Origin: Sedimentisphaerales bacterium
Lineage (GTDB): Bacteria; Planctomycetota; Phycisphaerae; Sedimentisphaerales; SM23-30
Length of the DNA: 64,000 bases
Reading direction: 5' to 3'
Assembly (NCBI GenBank): GCA_963663965.2
Contig: CAXXFK010000033.1
Location: 224,001 to 288,000 of the forward strand
Part shown: piece after piece, positions 9,723 to 17,222 of the stretch
Numbering within the stretch: the first letter of the stretch is position 1
How the letters are laid out: each line of letters starts with the position of its first letter
Position numbers and translations under genes: made by a program
Notes under the pieces: model-generated
What the model was told of the DNA's origin: nothing
Database searches by the model: none
The model's input: the letters and a program-made list of their open reading frames with translations, nothing else

Positions 9723-10352
9723 ATGTTTGAGCAGGCATTTAAAAATATCGACGATGTTCTCAGGAAAGAGGCAGGATGTACCACTGAACTGGATTATACC
9801 GAGCAGACCTCGTGGCTACTGTTTTTGAAGTATCTGGACGGGCTGGAAGAGGACGAGGCGACCGAAGCAGCGCTGGAGGGTAAAAAATTCGGCTATATTC
9901 TCGAGAAGCCCTATCGCTGGGAGAGTTGGGCGGCACCCAAGAATAAGGACGGCCAGATCGATCTCAACAAGGCGCTGACCGGCGATGACCTGCGCGATTT
10001 TGTCAACCAGAAGCTGGTGCCTTATCTGCATAGTTTCAAGCAGCGGGCCAGCGGGGCCAATACCATCGAGTACAAAATCGGGGAAATTTTTGGCGAGATC
10101 AAGAACAAGATCCAGAGCGGCTACAACCTGCGAGAGATTATCGACCATATCGACGAACTGCGGTTCCGGTCGCAGGCCGAGAAGCATGAACTGTCGGCGC
10201 TCTACGAAGAGAAAATCAAACGGATGGGCAACGCCGGTCGCAATGGCGGCGAGGTGGTGGTCCATCGCAGTCCGCAGGAAAAACTTAACGAGATTGCCGC
10301 GTTGGATGCTGAGAGCGCGAAGGTACTCAAGAAGATTCTGGGGTTGTTGTGA
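9723..10352 (+). pseudogene. hsdM: Type I restriction-modification M subunit with in-frame internal deletion of the methyltransferase core
   Basis: HsdM N-domain (FKNIDDVLRKEAG..DYTEQTSWLLFLKYLD..LYEEKIKRMGNAGRNGGE) joined directly to an HsdM-type C-terminal helix (VVHRSPQEKLNEIAALDAES); no YTPR, DPACG or NPPF motifs. Confidence 0.85.
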
Positions 10353-11002
10353 AGAAGAATGGGACTTATGGGAATCATGAGAATAATGGGAGGGATGGAA
10401 AGAAGCCTTCACAGGCTTCTCAGAACTCCCAGAATTCCCAGGAAACGCTTTTGCCGGCGCGAGGGGATTATCGAACGCTGCTGAGTTACCAGAAGTCGGA
10501 AGTGATTTACGAGATCACTTACCGGTTCTGCGAGCGGTTTCTTAAAAAGGGCGACCGGACGGTTGACCAGATGGTGCAGGCGGCGCGGTCGGGCAAACAG
10601 AACATTGTAGAGGGCAGCAAGGCGGCGACTACCTCTAAGGAAACGGAGATTAAGCTGACGAATGTGGCGCGGGCCAGTCTGGAGGAACTGCTGGAAGATT
10701 ATCTCGACTATCTGCGGGTGCGCGACCTGGCGATCTGGGACAAGGGCGGCCGGGAGGCGGCTTACGCCCGCAAGCTGGGGATGACGGAGCCGCTGACTTT
10801 CGAGCTGTTTCGGGAGTTTACCGAGAGCCGGCCGGCGGAGGTGGTAGCGAATATTGCGATTTGCCTGATTCATCAGGCGACTTATCTATTGGACCGGCAG
10901 ATCAAACGGCTGGCGCGGGATTTTCTGAAAGAGGGCGGCTTGCGCGAACGGATGACCCGGGCGCGGCTGGCGGCGCGGGACAAACAAAGGGGGAGATCAT
11001 GA
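10349..11002 (+). CDS. Four-helix-bundle protein with suffix domain (23S rRNA IVP/bAvd-like fold)
   Basis: YRTLLSYQKS, DRTVDQMVQAARSGKQNIVEGS, LTNVARASLEELLEDY, FLKEGGLRERMTRAR; GTG start overlaps the hsdM stop (GTGA). Confidence 0.9.
   Translation: MKKNGTYGNHENNGRDGKKPSQASQNSQNSQETLLPARGDYRTLLSYQKSEVIYEITYRFCERFLKKGDRTVDQMVQAARSGKQNIVEGSKAATTSKETEIKLTNVARASLEELLEDYLDYLRVRDLAIWDKGGREAAYARKLGMTEPLTFELFREFTESRPAEVVANIAICLIHQATYLLDRQIKRLARDFLKEGGLRERMTRARLAARDKQRGRS
10359..10441. repeat. 9-bp repeat array followed by inverted copies, inside the 5' end of the four-helix-bundle gene
   Basis: ATGGGACTT ATGGGAATC ATGAGAATA ATGGGAGGG (10359-10394), then TCTCAGAAC TCCCAGAAT TCCCAG (10418-10441) in reverse orientation. 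Confidence 0.75.
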
Positions 11003-11063
11003 GACGGGCAATGCGGCGGGATCATAACGATGGGGAGCGTCTGGCTGGTTGGAGGGCGGCGAA

Positions 11064-11215
11064 TTGGGAATCTGGGAGGGATGGGAATTATGGGATGGAC
11101 CGGTCCGGCAGGGCAGGGGGAAAAATTGGCATGGGAATGACGGCGGTGGCCGGGTTGAATTCTGGGAATACTGGGAGGACTGAGAATGCTGGGAATTCTG
11201 GGAATGCTGGGAGTT
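11064..11215 (+). repeat. Two 9-bp tandem repeat arrays
   Basis: TTGGGAAT CTGGGAGGG ATGGGAATT ATGGGATGG (11064-11098) and CTGGGAATA CTGGGAGGA CTGAGAATG CTGGGAATT CTGGGAATG CTGGGAGTT (11162-11215). Confidence 0.8.
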
Positions 11216-11468
11216 ATGATAGGGGGGATATTGATAACGCTTGTGTTGGCGTCGGTTATAAGCTGTTATCGATTTCGGAAAGAATTCGGTCAGAAATATC
11301 AGATTCATCCGGAACTGAATCGTAAATTCTCACCGACAGAGCCGGTGGATTAACTCATAATTCAGATCAAAGAACCCAGAATGCGTACAAGTTCTCAAAA
11401 TGGATATTAGCAGTAGTAAAATAATTAAGGATGAGCAACGATAATTTGAGAAGGGCAATGTTGGAAAA

Positions 11469-11900
11469 ATGATGAAAAGATGGAAAATACTAAAAAATAT
11501 TCTTTTGACTATGTTAGTGGTTATTGGAATTATATTTTCCATAGTTGCCTACCATGTCTTTGATCGTATGTATTGGTTTGGGATCGAGGATAGAGTCGTT
11601 TATGCTTATGAAGGAGTCATTTGTGCGATAGAAAAATATATCGCAGAGAACCAGAAACTGCCAGAAACGTTATCTATTGTTCCTCCAGAAGACATGGAAA
11701 CTATTCGACAAATGAAAGAAATTGCAAAAACTGAATATTATGTGATTCCTGCAAGAAATTCGTGGAAATTGGATGTGCTTGTTAGAGCCAGAGGGAAAGA
11801 GCGAGAATTTGTTTATGTTTCTGATGGTGAATTAACGCCTGAAGAAGAAAGTCGTTATTATACTGGTTGTCATGATTGGGTTATACTCAGGATGCCATAG
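11469..11900 (+). CDS. Hypothetical membrane-anchored protein
   Basis: 143-aa AT-rich ORF with N-terminal hydrophobic helix. Confidence 0.7.
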   Translation: MMKRWKILKNILLTMLVVIGIIFSIVAYHVFDRMYWFGIEDRVVYAYEGVICAIEKYIAENQKLPETLSIVPPEDMETIRQMKEIAKTEYYVIPARNSWKLDVLVRARGKEREFVYVSDGELTPEEESRYYTGCHDWVILRMP

Positions 11901-11968
11901 AACGAATGAGGATAGATTTTTTCGTGTAATTTTAGTATGCACAGGGCAGTTGAATTCGGAAATTCTTT

Positions 11969-12499
11969 ATGAAGCAAATAATAAAAAAGCTAATCAGAAT
12001 CATTGCCAACATTACGCTTGTCGTGTTCATATTTTTTCTGTTATTTTATTTTATGAGTGATATTCGATTTACATCAGTCATTCCTGATGATGCGGAGCAA
12101 TACAATTATAGCGGATCATGGGAAAGCGAAAGAGTCCCTATGGTTGCAGGGAGGATTCTTGCTCAAATCCCTTACCCTCCTCCCAAAGGAGAACCTTTTA
12201 CCGTTAACGCCTATATTTATTACAATCTCACAAGCATATATCGCCCCGGTGAGTTTGTCCCTATGGTTATGGACGGTATGATTCAGGAATCTGGTGAAGT
12301 GGCTGGTGGTAATACTGAAAGCCCAATCATTTTACCACCTCGAATTAATTTTAAATATCAGGGAGAGCCAGGGCCAGGCGGAAAACAGACCATAGATTAC
12401 GTTAGCACATCAGACACGGACTTTATACAGATTGTGGGGGGCTATCGTTCACAGTCTCCTTATGATATTGGCATTTTTCGCATTCAGAAGATTCGTTAA
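11969..12499 (+). CDS. Hypothetical membrane-anchored protein
   Basis: 176-aa ORF with N-terminal TM helix and beta-rich remainder. Confidence 0.7.
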   Translation: MKQIIKKLIRIIANITLVVFIFFLLFYFMSDIRFTSVIPDDAEQYNYSGSWESERVPMVAGRILAQIPYPPPKGEPFTVNAYIYYNLTSIYRPGEFVPMVMDGMIQESGEVAGGNTESPIILPPRINFKYQGEPGPGGKQTIDYVSTSDTDFIQIVGGYRSQSPYDIGIFRIQKIR

Positions 12500-12579
12500 G
12501 TTTGATCACCCAATAAAATAAGTTTTCGATTTTTATCTTATTTGCATTCAGTGTTTTCTTATACGAAAGGGGTTGCGAT

Positions 12580-13146
12580 ATGGAACAGCTACTTTGCATG
12601 ACTAAGGCCAAATGGCGTAACTGGCTGGTTCGCAATCATGAAAGCGGCGAGGCGATCTGGCTGGTGTTTTTGAAGGGGGGGGACACGGGGCAGGCGCTTA
12701 GTTATGCCGAGGCGCTGGATGAGGCGCTATGTTTTGGCTGGATTGACAGTCTTATCAAGCGGGTGGATGACCGCCGGTATCTGCGGAAATTCAGCCGGAG
12801 GCGGGAGGTCAGTAAGTGGTCGGAGGTGAACAAGGCGCATGTCGAGCGGTTGACGCGGGAAGGCCGGATGGAGCGGGCCGGGATGGCGGTGGTGGCAGCG
12901 GCCAAAAAAAATGGTTCTTGGGATAAGCCGGATCGTCCGGAGATGGGCGAAGAGCTCCCGCCGGCGTTGAAAACGGCGCTTGACAAGAACGCGAAGGCCA
13001 ATGGGTATTTTGAAACACTGGCGCCGAGTCATCAGAAAAAGTTTTTGATGTGGATCGCAAGCGCGAAGCGTGAAAAAACGGTGAAAAAAAGGGTTCAGGA
13101 AGCGATCAAACTATTGGAAAAAGGGGAAAAACTGGGGATGAAATGA
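12580..13146 (+). CDS. YdeI/OmpD-associated family protein
   Basis: WRNWL..NH, EALDEALCFGWIDS, FSRRR..SKWSEVNK, WIASAKREKT. Confidence 0.92.
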   Translation: MEQLLCMTKAKWRNWLVRNHESGEAIWLVFLKGGDTGQALSYAEALDEALCFGWIDSLIKRVDDRRYLRKFSRRREVSKWSEVNKAHVERLTREGRMERAGMAVVAAAKKNGSWDKPDRPEMGEELPPALKTALDKNAKANGYFETLAPSHQKKFLMWIASAKREKTVKKRVQEAIKLLEKGEKLGMK

Positions 13147-13217
13147 ATTGTTCGACAGAAATCATGCCAGCGGGCATGATCAATTGTTAATGGTCACATA
13201 TTATGAGGCGCTGAATT

Positions 13218-13637
13218 ATGGCTAAACGAAATGTTAAAATGGTATGGGTCTTTCTGGTAGCGGTGTCGGCAGGGTTGAGTGGCTGTATCTGTCAGACGGG
13301 CTCTCTTTCGACCGGTTCCGATGCGTTACATGCAAAATGCTCCTATGTTGACCACAGTAGTTCCACCTGGACGGAATCCATTTATGTAAAAAAAGGACAG
13401 AGCGTCAAGGTGTCATACGAACTGATCATTGGTAAAGGCGTTTTATCTATCGGGTTTACGCCGGCCAATCAAACGGATCCTCATTATTGCTATTCGGCCT
13501 ATGACAAGGATTATAAAGGGAATATGGATGTCCAGTTTCCGGAGACAGGGATCTATGACTTTCGTATCGAGTCGAAGGATTTTACGGGATCGTATGATAT
13601 TTCCTTGCGGGTAGTGAACCACTATTTCAAGCGATAG
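13218..13637 (+). CDS. Putative lipoprotein
   Basis: Signal peptide with lipobox LSGC; beta-sandwich-like mature region. Confidence 0.7.
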   Translation: MAKRNVKMVWVFLVAVSAGLSGCICQTGSLSTGSDALHAKCSYVDHSSSTWTESIYVKKGQSVKVSYELIIGKGVLSIGFTPANQTDPHYCYSAYDKDYKGNMDVQFPETGIYDFRIESKDFTGSYDISLRVVNHYFKR

Positions 13638-13838
13638 CCACTTTACCGGATGCTTCGCGCGGAAAGATAAATTTCTATTCGATAAATTCTTCTGGACTAT
13701 TGATAAATGGTTTATAAAACTACCGGTCTTTTTGTTCTTATGAAAGATTGAAGGGATGATCTGTAAGACAGGTGTTGGTCAGAGTGATCAGATTATGGTA
13801 TAATATAGTTATTGAAAAATAATTAAGGAGATGAAACT

Positions 13839-14204
13839 GTGAAGCTGATTCGACGCGTGAGAATTTTGTTACTGGCGGGGAGCGTGTGTTTGGGTCTGCT
13901 GGGGGCGACTTATGCGGGGATGTATGGATGGATCCAATGGGATGCTCATGCTAAAGCCGGGCGGATCTGGCAGGGGTATCCCCAGGCCGAGGATGAAGTG
14001 GCCGCGCTGATACTGGCAATGCATTCGTGCGATCTTCCGATGGAGCAGCGAAATCAGGCAGTCTGGGTCTTGGGGCGTCTGGCGGATGAACGAGCGCTGG
14101 GCGCGTTGGAGCAGGCCTATACGGGAGAGACCTGTGACCATGAACATGGCCTGTGTCAGTATGAACTGGAAAAAGCGATTCGACGTTGCGGCGGGGAGAT
14201 ATAG
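13839..14204 (+). CDS. Small HEAT-repeat-like membrane/secreted protein
   Basis: AGGAG RBS, hydrophobic N-terminus, RNQAVWVLGRLADERALGALE, C-terminal CDHEHGLCQYELEKAI. Confidence 0.75.
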   Translation: MKLIRRVRILLLAGSVCLGLLGATYAGMYGWIQWDAHAKAGRIWQGYPQAEDEVAALILAMHSCDLPMEQRNQAVWVLGRLADERALGALEQAYTGETCDHEHGLCQYELEKAIRRCGGEI

Positions 14205-14324
14205 CCATCGGGTATGGGGACTATTTGATCGTTGGCATGAATATAGATTGGTTGAAATGCGTCTCTACTTGAGGTCAGGCCGGAATTATCAAACGTTATT
14301 GGTGTCTAAGTTACCGGTGTTGAT

Positions 14325-14391
14325 AAAAAACCAGCCCCTCAGTTTTCCGGCTAAGAGGCTGATCGTGGCAGGTACCACATGTCATCATCAC
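14325..14391 (-). ncRNA. Candidate ~67-nt small RNA ending in an intrinsic terminator
   Basis: Between the promoter above and stem CAGCCTCTTAG/CTGAGGGGCTG plus T6; internal GTGG/CCAC hairpin. Confidence 0.4.
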
Positions 14392-14396
14392 TATTT

Positions 14397-14425
14397 ATTA
14401 TAGGGGATTTCCCTGAGACTGCCAA
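14397..14425 (-). promoter_or_regulatory. Sigma70-type promoter
   Basis: Minus strand TTGGCA (14425-14420), 17 nt, TATAAT (14402-14397). Confidence 0.65.
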
Positions 14426-15042
14426 ACGAAAATAAGCAGATATTCCGTCATAAAGCAAATTATTAAGGTGCCCTATACTGTGAAAATTTGAAACCCTTCA
14501 AAATCATCGTGTTTAAAAGTGTGACCATGATTTCCTGTAAAGAGAATTTCCTACATGCTGGGATAGGCTTGGGGGGGAGCAGAACCGAGTGGTTTCGACG
14601 GTTGCAAAAAGTATGGGACAGGGCTGATCAAATATAGGATTGGTGGAGACAATGACGTGATGGTCAAGAAGCTCTCACCATGATAGGAAGGAATATGTAT
14701 ATTATAGGACTATAATGGGTGATAATATTAGTATCTAATCTCGACTATTTCCCAAATCCTCATGCAAAGACCCTAAAAGCCAAATATGTTTATTAATTAA
14801 AGCTATACTGGTAATATATCATATTTTTGCGGGTATAATATGAAAATGTTTTATATATTTTGTTCAAATGATAGTATCCAAACTTTTTATTATATTCTTA
14901 TCTGTTGTTCATTCAGAAGAATTAATTATGGTCAAAAATATGACATTTTTATTGAATTCTACGGATGGATTTGTTATCATCATACACTGGTAAACAAAGG
15001 TGTTTTTTTAATGTAACTTCATTTCGTAAAGGATGTGAGAAA

Positions 15043-15855
15043 ATGAGAAATTTATTGTCATTTCTTTGTGTCGTATTGTGTGTATCTACTCTGTATGCCG
15101 GATATACCACAGGGGGAGATGCTGCGAGCCAGGCTGCTGCCACCGGTATCCTCGATATCGTATTCGCTATTGATACCAGCGGCAGTATGGATGATGATGC
15201 CCAGTCAATCAGTAATGCAGTCTCAAACGCTATTAATTCTTTGGAATGTTCAAAGGGAGATATCTGGGTAAGAGCACGTTTTGTGGGTATTGGTACGGGT
15301 CGTTACACCAGCACTATTTTCAACGAATCAATGAGTAGCTTAGGTTATTCATCGATTACGAATAGTATTGAAGACAATGGTCCCGCTGTCACTGACCTGG
15401 TGAACCGATACAATTGGAATAACGATGCGGTTGGCGATCAGAAGTATTTTAAAGCGATTGTCACCATTGGTGACGAGGGAACAGACAATGGCGATCCGGT
15501 GACTAGCTCTGATTGGGCCACTGCTTATGCGGCCAATCAAGCCGCGATTGCTAACGATGTATTTGTTTTCAGTTGGCTGGCTAATCCGTATTACGGACCC
15601 AGTACCGATCTCACCAATGTGTTTAAATATATGGCAGTGGGTGGTACTTATGGCAGCTATACTTTTGGAAACACCGGTGGTCTTTTTATTGACGGTACCA
15701 ATCAGAATCCTGATTATATCGCAAGCCAACTTCAAACTATTTTCTGTGTGGCGGGCACAGGCGGTACGACGGCAACTGTTCCTGTTCCTGGCGCGATCCT
15801 GTTGGCCGGTTTGGGTGCGATAATTGTCCGAAGATCGAAAAAATATATTAAATAA
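15043..15855 (+). CDS. Secreted VWA-domain protein with PEP-CTERM-like (VPVPGA) sorting tail
   Basis: Signal peptide, MIDAS DTSGS, IVTIGDE, C-terminus VPVPGAILLAGLGAIIVRRSKK; ATG 15043 chosen because it starts the signal peptide. Confidence 0.85.
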   Translation: MRNLLSFLCVVLCVSTLYAGYTTGGDAASQAAATGILDIVFAIDTSGSMDDDAQSISNAVSNAINSLECSKGDIWVRARFVGIGTGRYTSTIFNESMSSLGYSSITNSIEDNGPAVTDLVNRYNWNNDAVGDQKYFKAIVTIGDEGTDNGDPVTSSDWATAYAANQAAIANDVFVFSWLANPYYGPSTDLTNVFKYMAVGGTYGSYTFGNTGGLFIDGTNQNPDYIASQLQTIFCVAGTGGTTATVPVPGAILLAGLGAIIVRRSKKYIK

Positions 15856-15881
15856 ACTGAGTCCAAGGTAAATATTCATTT

Positions 15882-15919
15882 AAGCCGGCAATCCATGAAT
15901 ATCGATTGCCGGCTTTTTT
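15882..15919 (+). terminator. Intrinsic terminator
   Basis: AAGCCGGCAATC / GATTGCCGGCTT stem then T-run. Confidence 0.85.
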
Positions 15920-16090
15920 GTCTGCATAAATGATGATTAGAGTTTTATCCCGTGATGGAGCATCTTTGCGAAATTGATATCGGCGAGCCTGATGGCAGTC
16001 GTGACGGGTCGAAATTCGCCTGACTGATTCTGAACCTGACAGGGGTAATGAGTTTTGCGGCGCAGTTAGCGGTTTTCGGTAAGCGCAAAC

Positions 16091-16124
16091 AAAAACCCTT
16101 GTAACCAGATGGATTTACAAGGGT
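16091..16124 (-). terminator. Terminator/hairpin downstream of tRNA-Lys
   Basis: ACCCTTGTAA / TTACAAGGGT stem with T-run on the minus strand. Confidence 0.7.
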
Positions 16125-16133
16125 AAGGAAATG

Positions 16134-16205
16134 TGAGAGCGCTGGGATTCGAACCCAGAACCCACGGCTTAAAAGGCCGTTGCTCTACCATTGAGCTACG
16201 CTCCC
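16134..16205 (-). tRNA. tRNA-Lys (anticodon UUU), CCA not encoded
   Basis: Minus strand GGGAGCGTAGCTCAATGGTAGAGCA-ACGGC-CTTTTAA-GCCGT-GGGTT-CTGGG-TTCGAAT-CCCAG-CGCTCTC-A folds to a cloverleaf. Confidence 0.97.
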
Positions 16206-16249
16206 GGCGGTATGGAGAGATCGATTCGCCAAACTGCCAAAGACCAGAA

Positions 16250-16278
16250 CTTATACCGGAAACGAGGTTATTAGTCAA
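16250..16278 (-). promoter_or_regulatory. Sigma70-type promoter of tRNA-Lys
   Basis: TTGACT (16278-16273), 17 nt, TATAAG (16255-16250). Confidence 0.7.
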
Positions 16279-16433
16279 GCGATAAAAAAGGAATAAATCG
16301 TTGGGAACCGGGTGGATCGGGCCGATAAATATCTGTAAGAAATGAATAGACAAAATCATCGTGTTTCAGGGAGTCTGCGGAGATGGGCAGGCTCAAGACT
16401 GGTGAATTGCAATATATTGTAATATAAGGATTT

Positions 16434-17015
16434 ATGATGAAAATAATTGAGACTGGACTTCCGGGTGTGGTTATGCTTGAGCCCAGGGTGTTTGAGGATA
16501 GCCGGGGATTTTTTCTGGAGACTTATCATGCCGGGCGCTATCGGGAGGTTGGGGTGCCGGAACTGGATGGCCGGAATTTTGTTCAGGACAACCATTCCTA
16601 TTCCATAAAAGGGACTTTGCGAGGGCTTCATTATCAGTTAAAAAATCCCCAGGGCAAGTTGCTGTATGTGATCAGTGGTGAGGTTTTTGATGTCGCGGTG
16701 GATATCCGGAAGGGATCGCCGACATTCGGGCAGTGGTATGGGGCAGTTCTGTCGAGTGAGAACAAGCGTCAATTGTATATTTCAGAAGGGTTTGCGCATG
16801 GATTTTATGTGATGAGCGACACAGCGGATGTGACCTATAAATGTACTGATGTCTATACGCCTGGGGATGATTTTGGTTTGCTATGGTCGGACCAGAAGAT
16901 TGGAATTGAGTGGCCGATTTCAGAAAAAGTTAAAATCCCACTATTGTCAGAAAAGGATGCTTTGAATCCGACACTGGATTCGATAGATCCTGAGTTACTG
17001 CCAGTATTTAAGTAA
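16434..17015 (+). CDS. rfbC: dTDP-4-dehydrorhamnose 3,5-epimerase
   Basis: FEDSRGFFLETY, FVQDNHSYS..GTLRGLHYQ, DVAVDIRKGSPTFG, GFAHGF. Confidence 0.97.
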   Translation: MMKIIETGLPGVVMLEPRVFEDSRGFFLETYHAGRYREVGVPELDGRNFVQDNHSYSIKGTLRGLHYQLKNPQGKLLYVISGEVFDVAVDIRKGSPTFGQWYGAVLSSENKRQLYISEGFAHGFYVMSDTADVTYKCTDVYTPGDDFGLLWSDQKIGIEWPISEKVKIPLLSEKDALNPTLDSIDPELLPVFK

Positions 17016-17222
17016 ATTCCAGGAGAGGTCTGATAATAATAAGCGCTGATTTCAGAACAATTTAAGTCGATTCTTGCTTGCATTTCCCGGTAAATTCAGG
17101 GATAATATGTATTCCTGCTGACTTCACCAGTCAACCTTGCTTTATCCCTGCTATAATTTCCGTGTCAGTTTATTACTGATGTATGAATAAAAATTGCCCG
17201 TTGAATAAACGGGAGCTATTTT

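Noticed and set aside
9500..11215. Four-helix-bundle gene as part of a diversity-generating retroelement
   Set aside because: No reverse transcriptase and no TR/VR pair with adenine-specific differences seen in the window
10861..11325. 154-aa plus ORF and 103-aa minus ORF over the downstream repeats; possible hsdS
   Set aside because: Translations are dominated by the 9-bp repeats and show no HsdS conserved motifs
11330..14204. Co-oriented small genes as an integron cassette array
   Set aside because: No RYYYAAC..GTTRRRY attC-like palindromes between the genes and no integron integrase
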